Origin: Octopus sinensis
Taxonomy: Eukaryota
Assembly (NCBI RefSeq): GCF_006345805.1
Contig: NC_043002.1
Coordinates: 50,344,001-50,408,000, forward strand
Length of the DNA stretch: 64,000 nucleotides
Direction: 5' to 3'
The notes beneath the pieces were generated by a model. That model was not told the DNA's origin, made no database searches, and saw nothing but the letters and a program-made list of their open reading frames with translations. Below are positions 49,561-62,629 of this stretch, one piece after another; the stretch's first letter is position 1; each line of letters opens with the position of its first letter. A program made the position numbers and the translations under genes.

Positions 49561-49915
49561 GGTAAAAAGGGTAAAAGTTAAAGACCCCCGCTTCGGTCAT
49601 GAATGATCTTGGGATTACACCTAGAAAGTTTCCTTCCGAGGAACAAGTACGAGTAAGGTTGTTTATAGAAAACCAAGAGTCGCCCATGCATACCAGCGTC
49701 CCTTTTCCACACCACTGATGTTATCCGAGGGAAAATCAAAGGCCGATACATCTTGGTACCCGTGACGTCGTAACTCATTTCTACAGCTGAGTGAACTGGA
49801 GCAAAATTAGAATAAAGTATTTCGCTCAAGAGCACAACACACAGCTTGGTCTGGGAATTGAACACGCTACGTCATGATTGTGAGTCCGACGCTCTAACCT
49901 CTGAGCCATGTGCCT
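49561..49915 (-). mobile_element. SINE family C, full copy
   Basis: Reverse complement gives ggcacatggctcagaggttagagcg head through ggggtctttaacttttacccttt tail. Confidence 0.85.
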
Positions 49916-50010
49916 TCGGGAATACTCTACCAATATTAACAGTAAAATCTTTGCGATAAACGTTGAAATTTTCAATAGTGTTGTGGAAAAGTTACCAGGA
50001 AGAGACATCA

Positions 50011-50995
50011 TACGAGGCTGAGTCAAAAATTTTTTTTATCAAAAGAGGCATCTTTTTCAGTGAAATTATTCGATATTTGGAAGAGACGTAGATGTACATA
50101 CACTTCTGATCTTTAATTATCTGATTTCGTTTTTATTTTTCAGATATACGAATAAATGAGATGATCTCAAAATCACTGCCCTGCTGGAAGCCTGTCAGAA
50201 TCAAAGTGTTGTAACTGAGTTCCTTGTTGCCGAACGAGAATCTCATGTAAACATTCACAAAAGACTGGAAAATGTTCAGAAGGATAAAGCTTTAGACTAC
50301 TGCAATGTGTGGAAATGTGGCATCGTCCGAATGAAAATTCAAGAAGCCAAAAAGAATTGGGCAATTCAAGCTTAGCAGACACTCCTCGCAGTAGCTGCCC
50401 GTTTCTTTCTGTCAACCCTGCCAACAAGGAAAAGCGGGCCGCTTTTATAAGAGCTGATAGGTGCATAACCATTGATGAGCTAGCATCATCACTTGGGGCT
50501 TGCCATGGTAGTGCTCACAGCATTATGGAGTAGCTTGGATATTCAAATGTGTGTGCCTGCTAGGTACTAAAACAACTAAAAGATCAGCACAGGACTGAAA
50601 GAGTTAAACTTGAATTCAATGAAAGAGACGAAATCATTCTTTCAAAGGCTGATAACTAGCGGGTAAATTTAGATTCATCATTATGAACTAGAATAAAAAA
50701 AAGATAATCAATGGAATTGCGCTATCCGACGTCTCCAAAGAAAAAAAAAATAATCTCAATGCAGAAAAGTCAGCAGGAAAAATTATGTCGACTGTCTTTT
50801 AGGATGCTCAGAGTGTTATTCTTGTCGATTTGTTGCAAAGAGGAGAAATAGTCAACTCTGAACCATATACTGAGACCCGTAAAAGACTTATAACAAGAAT
50901 CCGCCGTGTAAGAGCAAATTTGGAGAGGACTTAAGTTCTTCTTCAACGCGACAACGTCGTTCTCACTTAAGCCTAAAAATAAGGGAGACAATCAC
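50011..50995 (+). pseudogene. Mariner (DD34D-type) transposase remnant, 3'-truncated
   Basis: TIR-like tacgaggctgagtcaaaa. HTH region (IHKRLENV..ITIDELASSL), degenerate WVP/YPTSPKKK..SAGKIMSTVF*D..VILVDLLQRGEIVNSEPY..LLQRDN. Many stops. Confidence 0.85.
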
Positions 50996-51381
50996 CCCTA
51001 CTCACGCGAGTGTGTGTATGTGTGTAAATTTTGGTTTACCCCACACCCGAAAAAATTTTAGTAGGTGCACTTGCAACCCCTACACTCCCTGTTACTGAGG
51101 CTATGAATGTTTTGTTATACTCGCGGGTGAGAACTATATAAAACTAAGCACTAGACGTAGCTGCTTCTATATGATCACTCAACCGGCTAAGAATAACAAC
51201 TAAACATTTTAAATTTCACTCTGCTGTATTAAGAAAAAAAAAATTAACACTGAGTAATGAATTACGGAATATATAATGTCCGAAAAAATGATGAGATGGC
51301 CATGGGTGGAATGTCTTTCATGGTATATTTCTGGTCTTATTTAGTAGGCTAGATCCATCGCTTGGTTTAAGAGTACTGAAC

Positions 51382-51512
51382 TTTTTGGGTGCCTTTAGCG
51401 AATTCCCCACTTTTGCAAGTGTTAAAGACAGGTTTCCGGTCTGGAAGAAGCTTTATCCTCTCTTCCAACCAGACATTGTGGAGGTCCTGCAAAGTTTCAT
51501 TGACGCTAGCTT
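51382..51512. CDS. Candidate coding exon, strand ambiguous
   Basis: Unique GC-elevated segment. Minus: tttatctag|(E)ASVNETLQDLHNVWLEERIKLLPDRKPVFNTCKSGEFAKGTQK|gttcag. The in-register plus frame is also open: EFPTFASVKDRFPVWKKLYPLFQPDIVEVLQSFIDASF*. Confidence 0.35.
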
Positions 51513-52119
51513 CTAGATAAACATTTAAAAACATTTGCTTTTTGTTACTGTTGCAGCGTATTTGATTTAGACACAGAAACAAGATCGCGCTGTTAAGAAA
51601 CAATCAATCACGTTTCTGTTATTACCGTCGCCAGCTTAATCCAGCATCGAATATATAAACTCACTCCACAAAGTTTATTTTTATACATGAAGCTTCGAAA
51701 ATATTCTAGAAGTTTTCACGAACAATAGGGCGTGGCTGTGTGGTAAGAAGCTTGCTTCCCAACCACATGGTTCCGGGTTCAGCATCCCTGAGTGGCGCCT
51801 TCGGCAAATATTTTCTACAATAGCATTGTATATATCCCAACACCACCACACCACACATCACCATACCACACCACACCACACCACATCACATCACACCACC
51901 ACGCACACACTAGCACTAACCACTTCCCAGCACCCACACCATCATCCATACACCTACACTTGCATACACACACACACACGTCAAGGTCACCAACTCTCTT
52001 CCACACGCACATAATGCTCTCTTATACACACGCACGCACACCTTTGTTTTGGGATCAGCACTACTTTATTATCTCCCCTTCTTCCAAGCGCTCGTGTGTG
52101 ACCCCTCTGTCTCGCATTC

Positions 52120-52278
52120 GCCATGATAGATCGCTAGCCGCTACACATTCTTTATTTTCTCTCCTTGTTTCTGTCTGTGTTCCTTTCTGTGGAAGAGCGT
52201 AGGCTCGAAACGTTAAAGACTTTTTCACTTCCAGAGCATTAAACTAATACATGTTTGTTGTTTACCCCACCTGTCTTC
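52120..52278 (+). mobile_element. Hammerhead-bearing short element (copy 4, 3'-truncated)
   Basis: HHR fold at 52179-52220: ccttt-CTGTGGA-A-GAGCGTAGGCTC-GAAACGTT-aaagac. Confidence 0.75.
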
Positions 52279-53029
52279 CTTACAAGGCTGGAGAGCTCGA
52301 CCTACACTGAAGTTACCGGAAGAGTGTCAAAGAAGGCACCAGATCACTTGAAGGACTTCATTTCTTGATTTGCTGTCGAGGTTAACTCCTTAGCCTTTTC
52401 CTTTCCCAAGGCAGTGATATCACTACTACTCCAATAAATATATACGTAGCCTTGCTTTCTGTATATTTCTTCAACATTGTAGCATAGCGTCCACATAACC
52501 TAATTTAACAATTCTTGCAATAAGTTCATATTTAGCAGGCGCAAATTGCTGCCGACAAGTATTGTTTTCTCTTCAAGCATTCCTTTCAAGAACGACTTCA
52601 TTAGCATTGCACCAATTGCAGTCGTTCGCGTTGGGATTTCTAATTTCCTAACTTTTCCTCGTTTAACTCTTGCGTCGACTTTTTCTATTACCATTTGTAC
52701 CGTTGCCTATTTTCTCGTGTTTTATCTTTCCAATAGTCGTTCTTTACCTTTAAAATATAAGTACCGGAAAAAAAATTAGTCGTCTAGATTGTAACTGTTG
52801 TGTATAATATTGGTTATTTCTATCAGTAGCCAGTATATTGGTTAAAACACAATTGTCTCGACAATTAGCTATGATATTGTATATGAAACACATTGCAAAA
52901 AAGATAAAACAACGTCTTATTAGTAATATAGGTGATATTGGCTTTTGATTGTAGATGCCAAAAAGATTTTTACGTACGTACGTCTGTATTTATGTACATA
53001 CAAACATAAATACATATATATATATATAC

Positions 53030-53345
53030 GGACGTAACTGACACTCTGTCAGTCTTGATGACGAGGGTACCAGTTGATCTGATCAATGAAACAGCCAGCT
53101 CGAAAAATTAACGTGCAAGTGCCTGAACACTCCAAAGGCAAGCGTATCCTTAACGTAGTTCCCATGGAGATTCGGCGTGGCACAGAATCTAACAAAGCTG
53201 GCCCTTTGAAATACAGGTATTGCTCATTTATGCTAGCTGAGTGAACTTGAGCAACGTATTAATAAATGTCTTGCTTAAGAACACAACGCACCGCCCAGAA
53301 TCGAACTCTTGACCTTACGATCGTGGGCCGAATACCCTAACGGCT
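53030..53345 (-). mobile_element. SINE family C copy
   Basis: Reverse complement of the 5410-5728 type. Confidence 0.8.
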
Positions 53346-53979
53346 AAGCTTCATATTCGTAGTTGATTGTCGTCTCCTTGTGCTTTCCCAGTTTCAAAGA
53401 CATTCCTGACTTTCCATCCATGACTTCTCAGATGACTATTCAGTCAGTCTCGCTTCAAATAGGTATAGTATGAAACATAGGTCTCAGATGATAGCTGCAA
53501 TTTACTTTGCTCTTCCAAGTGACCACATGTGACCACACTTCCATTACCATATGACGTACAGAAAATGGAATGACAAATGAGGCTAGCGTAAAAAAACATC
53601 TGTATATCCTTAGATTCAGGTGATAACCGCTTGTACAATACGAGAGCTACTCTGTGAGTCTTTGTTATTTGTACCAAGTGGTAGTCCGAAGAAAAATGAC
53701 CAGTTGTCACGTGAAACCGCAAATTTACATCAGAGTATCCTTCCTCTAGAAAACAACATGGGGTCCCTCACTCTCATTTGGTTTATTGCGCGACCTGGTA
53801 CCAACCAAAAGTTTTTCTGCGTCTTTGATATGATTCTAAACTGCATCTGGTAATATATTTTTATCAAATAAATTACCTATTACGATAAAAGTATTATTAT
53901 AGTTATGATTAATGTATTATTATGATTAATGACACTGAAAATATCAAAAATGAGGCTAGCTAATTTAATGAATTCAGTA

Positions 53980-54195
53980 TTCTTTTCTAGTTTAAGCACA
54001 AGGCCCTAAATTTTGGAGGAGGGGGCCAGTTGATTAGATCGACTCCAGTGCGCAACTGGTACTTAATTTATCGATTCCGAAAGGATGAAAGGCAAAGTCG
54101 ACCTCGGCGGAATTTGAACTCAGAACGTAACGGCAGACGAAATGCTGCTAAGCATTTCGCCCGGCGTGCTAAAGTTTCTGCCTGCTCGCTGCCTT
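53980..54195 (-). mobile_element. SINE family B, young copy
   Basis: Near-consensus core ccgaaaggatgaaaggcaaagtcgacctcggcggaatttgaactcagaacgtaacggcagacgaaat. Confidence 0.9.
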
Positions 54196-54260
54196 TAATA
54201 AATTAAGTATTATAACATTGATGTGATACTCTTAGTGTATACCTACTTTTGCACCCAACT

Positions 54261-54313
<53 letters not shown>

Positions 54314-54403
54314 ACACACACACACTCACACACACATACACATATATATGCTCACATATATGTATGTATGAGTGTGTATGTATGTGAATGTGTGTGTGTG
54401 AAT

Positions 54404-54438
<35 letters not shown>

Positions 54439-55776
54439 GAAAGTGTGTTCGCGCGCGCGTGTAGTATAAAAGTGAAGGAAGTTTGTTTTTAACATCCTGA
54501 AGGTGAAATTTTTAAAATGGAATCTTCCAACGTCGAGTTGAAGTGATTGGTAGGTTGATCAGGGAATTCAGTCAAAGTCCGACGCTTCAGGCGACACGGG
54601 ATAGATAGCAAAAACTAATTATCAACCACACTAACCCTTTTATCTTTTCTTTCTTCCCCTCCGTACAACCAGCCTCTCGTTTTTAAGATACGCCGCAACC
54701 GCCGCCTCCTCCGGCTTTGTTTTCGCCGTCGTCGTCGTCGTCGTCGCCATCTTTCGGTATCTTCTTTTTCTTATTGTATACACACTTCATTTCTCTCTGT
54801 CTGTCGCTATCTGTAACTTTACCCATTTATTTCAACATCTGATGGATATTGCTACTAGAATCCTCCTCTAGTGTTCTTCAGGTTTTAAGGAATGGTTTCG
54901 CACACGCATACGTACACATACGTACGTGTGTATATGTGTATATATTCCCACGTACATACATACATACACACACACACACATATATATATATATATCTATA
55001 TATATACACACACATATATATATATACACAGACACACACATACAGACACACTTATGTATATATATATATATAATATTTATATATATGCATATATGTGTAT
55101 GTATGTGTTTGTTTGTGTGTATATACGAACATTTATTTATGCGTATATAGACATAGGTGTATGCATGAATCATGAATGTACATTGATATATATTGGATGA
55201 AAACGAAAAATACAATACGATTACCTATATATATATATATATATATATATGAAAGTGTGTTCGCGCGCCGTGTAGTATAAAAGTGAAGGAAGTTTGTTTT
55301 TAACATCCTGAAGGTGAAATTTTTAAAATGGAATCTTCCAACGTCGAGTTGAAGTGATTGGTAGGTTGATCAGGGAATTCAGTCAAAGTCCGACGCTTCA
55401 GGCGACACGGGATAGATAGCAAAAACTAATTATCAACCACACTAACCCTTTTATCTTTTCTTTCTTCCCCTCCGTACAACCAGCCTCTCGTTTTTAAGAT
55501 ACGCCGCAACCGCCGCCTCCTCCGGCTTTGTTTTCGCCGTCGTCGTCGTCGTCGTCGCCATCTTTCGGTATCTTCTTTTTCTTATTGTATACACACTTCA
55601 TTTCTCTCTGTCTGTCGCTATCTGTAACTTTACCCATTTATTTCAACATCTGATGGATATTGCTACTAGAATCCTCCTCTAGTGTTCTTCAGGTTTTAAG
55701 GAATGGTTTCGCACACGCATACGTACACATACGTACGTGTGTATATGTGTATATATTCCCACGTACATACATACAT

Positions 55777-55810
<34 letters not shown>

Positions 55811-56035
55811 CTATATATACACACACATATATATATTACACAGACACACACATACAGACACACTTATGTATATATATATATATAATATTTATATATATGC
55901 ATATATGTGTATGTATGTGTTTGTTTGTGTGTATATACGAACATTTATTTATGCGTATATAGACATAGGTGTATGCATGAATCATGAATGTACATTGATA
56001 TATATTGGATGAAAACGAAAAATACAATACGATTA

Positions 56036-56073
<38 letters not shown>
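54439..56073. repeat. Direct tandem duplication, 812-bp period, two copies
   Basis: gaaagtgtgttcgcgcg at 54439 and 55251. Unique parts differ only by about 1-bp indels and microsatellite length. Confidence 0.95.
54640..54790 (-). promoter_or_regulatory. CpG-rich TSS-like segment or candidate first exon (duplicated at about 55451-55600)
   Basis: AAGATGGCG (YY1/Kozak-like) at about 54745-54753 starts MATTTTTTAKTKPEEAAVAAYLKNERLV|gtacgg. TATAAAA and GATTGG lie nearby on the plus strand, so orientation is uncertain. Confidence 0.4.
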
Positions 56074-56076
<3 letters not shown>

Positions 56077-56553
56077 GCGTGCACACACACACACACACAT
56101 ATATTCGTACATATACACACACGCACGCACACACACACACAGACACACACAGACACACACCATATACGCACACAGAAAATATACAGTCGTTTTCAACCCA
56201 TCTGACTGATAAATCCATTGGATGGAAAACTTGCTTGTTGTTTTTTTTCTTATATTACATTTTATTCTAATTCTTATACTAAGATACACAGCCTCGTCGA
56301 TAGACACAACAACCGTACTGGTATTTCCGAAAGCAGCTGCTGATGTGGCCAACGTTTTTCTGCTCACAAGGTTAATGCTGGCAATATTTACTATCATCTT
56401 GCTGTGACCTAAGGGAATTGTTGTTTGTTACACTTTGGTGCGAGTCTTGTATTTCTGTCGATAAAACTGTGTTTTCCCCAACGAATCGAAACAAACATGT
56501 ATGTATGTATATATGTATGTATGTGTGTGTGTATGTGTGTGTGCATCTGTGCG

Positions 56554-56650
<97 letters not shown>

Positions 56651-56751
56651 AATATTAGGGAATAAATCCAAATTTACAGGAAAAAATCAGATTTAGGATT
56701 AAATCCAATTTTATAGTAAAATATTATAAAATATTATTAGAGACAAAACCA

Positions 56752-57003
56752 CTATTTACATGGGCAAATTAATCTAACTTTAGGGTCTGAATAAAAATTA
56801 TCTTTATGGTCTTTAAGAGTAATTCTGGGGTGCAAAGGTACATAAGGTTCAGTTTTATTATCCAACTCATATTTTAACATTACTACTTTAGAGGCCTTAT
56901 TAATATTATAAAGAATATCATCTGGAACAATTTTATATTTTTTAATTATTTCTTTTCCTAATAGTTTATCATATAATTTAACATCTAATTTATATAGGTT
57001 CCT
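56752..57003 (-). pseudogene. PLE reverse transcriptase N-terminal fragment
   Basis: RNLYKLDVKLYDKLLGKEIIKKYK..LDNKTEPY..RITLKDHKDNFYSDPKVRLICPCK matches PLE RT motif 1/2 (ITLKDHK..RLI.P). Confidence 0.82.
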
Positions 57004-58930
57004 TTTTTTACATAAGTTATATTTCTATGGTAACGTAATTTTGGTTTGGTTTTTTTAACGGCTAAGAATTTAATTTCACTTCATAATTTGAAACTGACTT
57101 GTAAGTATGTATTTTATTTCTCCTTATGTCATATTGTTATTTTTGATATTCTGGTTAATTACGATGTATTTAATGTTGTTTTTTATTGGAGTGTTTATGT
57201 ATATGAGATTGTGTGTGAGTTTTTAGTTGTATAATTTATTTATCTGTATGAGTGTGGGTGTGTAAATATTGTATATATCGAGTTTAGTGAGTATGTATAT
57301 GCGTATATGTGAGGGAGTATATGTATCTGTTGTGTGTGTGTGTTTTGCGTGTGTGTGTGTTTGTGTGTGAATGTGTATATGGGTTTGTTATTTAGGTTTT
57401 GGGATGTATGTGTTAATTTGTCTGTGTGGGAGGGAGTGGGTTTTTGGTGTATATTGAGGTTTATAAGTTAGTATAGGTATGTGTATAAGTCGTGGGTCTG
57501 TGGTTTACGTGTGTGTTTTTTGTGTGTGAATGTTTAGGTTAGGGGGATTGCTATATAGGTTTGTTATAGAGTTTAGAAAAGGGAGATTTTATCGTTATAT
57601 GTTTTTAAGAGTTTTGGTTTATCATGGTTTTTTTTAGGGAATTCGTGGTAATTTGTCTATTTGCGATGTCTGTTGTTTTATTGCATTGTTTCATTCATAA
57701 TTTTTGAGTGGTGTTCGTTTTGCCACGTGAATATTATTTTTAATTCCATTTATTCATTTCTCCATTCATTATTTTAAAAGATGTTCGTTTCCAGAGCGGT
57801 TATACTTTTTATACATATGTTAAGTTCCTTGGTAAAGTAATTTTGTTTGGTGTATATGTTGAGGCTTATATGTACTTGTGGGTGTGTGTGAGTGGGGTGG
57901 GTGTTTGTATTTGTTATGGGTGTGTGGTTTACGTGTGTGTATTTGTGTGTGAATGTATAGGTTAAAGGGATTGCTATATAAGTATGTTATAGTGTTTAGT
58001 AAAGGGAGGTTTTATCATTTATGTTTTGTGAGTTTTAGCTTATCATGGTAGTTTTATAAAAGAATCCATTCATAATTTTTGTGTTTATTTGTCTGTGTGG
58101 GGTTGAGTGGGTTTTTGGAGTATGTGTTGAGGTTTATATGTATGTATAGGTATGTGTAAGTGGTGTGGGTATTTGTATATGTCGTGGGTGTGTGGTTTAC
58201 GTGTGTGTATTTGTGTGTGAATGTTTAGGTTAGGGGGATTGCTATATAGGTATGTTATAGAGTTTAGTAAAGGGAGATTTTATCATTATGTTTTTATGAG
58301 TTTTGGTTTATCATGGTAGGTTTGTTGAGGAATTCGTAGTAATTTGTGTCTATTTGCGATGTCTGTTGTTTTATTGCATTGTTTCATTCATAATTTTTAA
58401 GTAGTGTTCGTTTTACCAAGTGAATATAATTTTTAATTCCATTTATTCCATTTCTCCGTTCATAATTTTAAGTGATGTCCGTTTTCTAGAGCGTGAATGT
58501 GGGTTGTATGTGTGTGTGTGTGGGAGTATGAATAAGTATTGTGTTGAAGTATTTAGCTATTTTATTTATTTATAGTTGCCTAGACGTTTTTATGTGTATG
58601 TATAGGGATATATATATAGGGGTGTGATTTAGTGTATGTAGTTAGATATGGTTATATATAATTAGGTATATGTGTATGGGTGTATATATAGTTTATTATT
58701 ATATTATTATTATTTTTTGTTTTGTTTTATATTTTATATTTTATATTTTATATTTTATATTTAATTGTTGATAGGTTTATTTTAGTTTATATATTGTTTA
58801 TATATTGATTATATATGGATTATATATAGGTTATATATGGATTATATATTTATATTTTTTCGTTCATACTTTAATTATTTTAAAATTATTATTTTTATAT
58901 TTTAAAATATTGATATTTTAGATTGGAAGT

Positions 58931-58973
58931 CCACCTGAAGATTGTCGATCAAGACAAGAAACAATTGTAGTGG
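58931..58973 (+). ncRNA. Canonical minimal type I hammerhead ribozyme
   Basis: Stem I ccac/gtgg; core CUGAAGA; stem II uuguc(gaucaa)gacaa; GAAA; stem III C(AAUU)G; GUA cleavage triplet ending at 58969. Confidence 0.85.
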
Positions 58974-59371
58974 CGGTTTTTTTGACTATTTATTAAAATT
59001 TTATGTATTGATTAAGTCTTTCCTTGTTTGTTTTGCAAAATAGTGGTTTTGTCTCTAATAATATTTTATATATATATATATATATATATAGGTATGTATG
59101 TATGTATGTGTGAATACATGCATGCATGCATGTGTATATATGTAAGTGTATTAGAAGGTTTTGAGGTGATTTACAGGTATTATATATTAGAAGAAATAAG
59201 GTACTCAGAAATCTGGATGGTTTTATATTTACAGATTTTTATTAATATGTCACATGTGTTTATAAATCATATATTTGCGCTTGCATCTACTCTAGTGGAT
59301 TCTTCAGATTATATGTGTGTGTGTATGTATATATGTATATACACACGCATGTATATATACATACATACATT

Positions 59372-59420
<49 letters not shown>

Positions 59421-59462
59421 GCTGTATATATGAATCTACATATATATATATACATACACATA

Positions 59463-61829
59463 GAGTGATACCTCGTAGTACGAAGTTAATTCGTTTCATG
59501 ACCGAGCACGTTTTGCGATTTACTAGTTGTACAGATAGATTTTCCCCATTGAAATTAATTAAAATATAATCAATCCGTTCCAGCTCTTTCCAAAACCAGG
59601 CCCAAATAATTTTTTATGGGTTTAAAAACAGACAAGTTGATATTTCAAAGAAAATAACAATTATAAAAACAATAAAAGTGAGTGCAAATAGAAATATGTA
59701 AACTGGTTTTATTAATTTAATTACCTTAAAGATGGTACGATTTGTGCATGAGGAAGATGATGGAGCGGGGAGGAGGAAGATTATTGTTTGGAAGAAGAAT
59801 CTATTCCTATTAAGACTTCTTGCGTTTTCTCTCTCACATCGCTTAATTTAGGCTTTTTGGATGCACTTTCTTCACTTTTCACAATTGCAGGTTGTTTCAT
59901 TAGAAACTTATGAAAAGAAGTTTGATTTTTCCTGCCTTCCAAAATGTTACGAAAATGCGCCAGAGCAGCGTCATTAAATTAAACAGCTGCACGACCTGTA
60001 GCTACTTTTGCAGGATGATATTTTTCTACAAATTTAGAAACACTGCCGCTTTGGCAATACTATCTTTATATCGTTCGTAGAGATAGCTTCCTCCGCTACA
60101 ATGTCTTCCTCCGGGGAACCAATTTCTTCCACGGCATCCGAACACTGCAGTTTCCGGAGCTGCAGGAGTTCAACTGTCGTCAGCTTCTCTGAGTGTTCTT
60201 CGACGAGATCGCTAATGTCATCAGCATCAACCTCGAGGCTCGTGAACTCGTCAAGCGACACTATATCCTCGACTACAGGTATCTCTGACTGAAACCCTTC
60301 GAAGTCTCTTTCGGATACGCAGCCAGGTCACAGTTTCCTCCATGCAGAATTCAGCGTTCTCCTTGTTACATCCTGCCAGGCCATATCGATGACTTTCAGG
60401 CAGTTAACAATGTTGTAGTGGTCTTTCCAAAACTGACGAAGGGTTAGGTTTCAATTTTTGGTGGCTTCAAAGCACCAACGAAACAGGTGTTTGTTGCACA
60501 ATTTCTTAAAATTAGAAATCACCCTTTGGTCCATGGGCTGCAAGATAAAGGTGGTTTTGCCTGGAAGGTATAGAGCTTTTATGAATTTGAATTCGTCCAG
60601 GATATCATCTTTGAGGTTAGGAGACTGAACGGGAGTATTGTCGAGGATGGGGAGGGCCTTGAGAGGAAGATCGTTCTCCAGAATGTACTTTTTCAATGCT
60701 GGTCCGAAGACAAGGTTGATCAACTCGGTGAAAAATTGCCTGGTGACCCAGGCTTTAACGTTTGCCCTCCACATGACCTGTAGCTTCTTCAGGATTTTGT
60801 GCGACTTGAACGCTGGTGGGTTTTCGGAATGGTTGACAAGGAGCGTCTTAATCTTCAAGTTTCCACTCGCATTGGCACACAGGGCGAGAGTTAGCCTGTC
60901 TTTCATAAGCTTCTGGCCTGGCATTTTCTTCTCTGTAGTTACGTAAGTTCTAGGCATTTTTTCCAAAGAAGGTTAGTTTCAACGCAGTTGAATACCTGTT
61001 CTGCGATGTATCCCTCAGCTGCGATGAGCTGACGAAATTCACGCTCGAAATCCTCAACTGTCTTCGTGTCAGACCTTGCTGCTTGTCCATATCTGACGAC
61101 GCTATGAACACCAGTCCTCTTTTTGAAATAATTGAACCAGTCACGACTGGCCTTAAATGCGTCTGCTGATGTCTCCTCCGTCAATGTTCCAGGGTTCTGC
61201 TTCAGGAGATCCCCATACAGCGGTCGTGGTTTCTCGCAGATGTAGTCTCCGTAATCGTATCCCCTGCGAGTTGCTTCTCATTGATCCACAGGAGAGGCAA
61301 TTTTTCCATCTCTTTGTGGACAGATGTGCATTTCTTGGGGACCCTGGAGACACACTTTGCTATTGTAACGGCCTTGATCTCATCACTTTCTTCAGGATAC
61401 TGCAGATCGTCGACGTGCTTCGGTCGTATAGCTATGTCCATTACACGCACTCCTCTTTCATGTTTATCAGATATTTCTTCCTTCATTTTTATCGTAATCA
61501 ACTTTTTCTTTCTTCTCAGCATTGTTCTTTACACTAACCTTCTTAGGACCCATGGCTAGCACAAATAATTATAAAATAACAGCAAAAGATTCCCAAAAAT
61601 AAAAACACAAGTATGGTGCCACATCGAGGTTAACACGTGAAGTGAGCGAGCGGAGGCTGCGTTTTTTGAGAGAGCGGGTGCGAGCTCAGCGCCGACTATC
61701 GGTCGCTTGTATGAAGCTCGTTCGTACTGCGGGTTTCCACTTGTACTTCAAGACAAAAATTCTCACACGCCTCGGCTCGTACAGCAGATTACTCGTACAA
61801 CGGTGCACTCGCACTGTGAGGCTCTACTG
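59463..61829 (-). mobile_element. Near full-length Tigger/pogo DNA transposon
   Basis: Imperfect TIRs (TA|GAGTGATACCTCGTAGTACGAA and CTCGCACTGTGAGGCTCTACTG|TA) with a TA TSD enclosing a transposase pseudogene. Confidence 0.88.
59810..61553 (-). pseudogene. Tigger-family (CENP-B HTH + DDE_1) transposase pseudogene
   Basis: MGPKKVS..KKKLITIKMKEEI, FKASRDWFNYFKKR, QVFNCVETNL, KDRLTLALCANASG, ILDN, ILQPMDQRVISNFK. Multiple frameshifts. Confidence 0.9.
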
Positions 61830-61857
61830 TATATTTACATACATACATACATACATG

Positions 61858-61909
<52 letters not shown>

Positions 61910-61910
61910 C

Positions 61911-61953
<43 letters not shown>

Positions 61954-62057
61954 ATATATATATACATACATACATATGCTTGTGTGTGTGTGTGTGCGTG
62001 TATATATATATATATATATATATACATACATACATATGCATGTGTGTGTGTGTGTGC

Positions 62058-62109
<52 letters not shown>

Positions 62110-62291
62110 GGATGAATGTTTACCGTCAACATGGAAAATTTAATAAACAGTTACCAGGGTAGCAAAATTTACGCAAGTAACAAGGATGTAGCGACCTATT
62201 CAAAAGTAGAAACTCCGGGTTAATGTGCAGTTATTTGTGTAGTATAAGTAAATAAATGGAGTTGAACGCAGATGCTATTCAAATTCTTTTA

Positions 62292-62374
62292 CTTTCGACA
62301 TATGTTTCGAAGACAACATTGGTTTTATTCCAAAGGAATAAACGGTGTAAAATGCAATCTTCTCACCAGGAAAG
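62292..62374 (-). ncRNA. Near-intact type I hammerhead ribozyme (A6G) in PLE 3' region
   Basis: cuuuc-CUGGUGA-gaaga..(uuuauucc uuu ggaauaaa)..ucuuc-GAAA-C(AUAU)G-UC-gaaag; stem I extends to about 12 bp with two mismatches. Confidence 0.75.
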
Positions 62375-62629
62375 AAAGAGAGTCTATCTCAGCAACAAGA
62401 CATTATAACAATTTTAATGACTGCATAAATGATAAACAGAAGGTTATTAAGTATTTAAAAAAAAACCGCTAGTAGATTCGACATCAAAGGCAGATACTAG
62501 AAAGAGAAGGGGTAAAGTAATAATAAGTAGAGAACAAATAAAGAGGGATATATTGGTTGAAAAATTTTCAAGGGCTTGGAAGTAGAATTCTCTATTGAAG
62601 TAAAGTGCAAGTTAAACTAACTGTTCAAA

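Larger units (their letters stand above)
56650..59075. mobile_element. Complex PLE insertion with inverted ends inside (TA)n
   Basis: aaatagtggttttgtctctaataatattttata at 59038-59070 (+) and 56725-56757 (-). Contains the RT fragment, GT-rich internal repeats and an HHR, with (TA)n on both sides. Confidence 0.75.

Noticed and set aside
52500-52790. 64-aa minus ORF and neighbouring frames in unique-looking sequence
   Set aside because: Stops occur in all frames near the candidate acceptor and there is no recognisable motif.
54667-54750. Resemblance of EEAAVAAYLK to the SEC62 N-terminus (EEKAVAKYLR)
   Set aside because: The match is too short and the following residues do not continue the SEC62 pattern, so no gene symbol was assigned.
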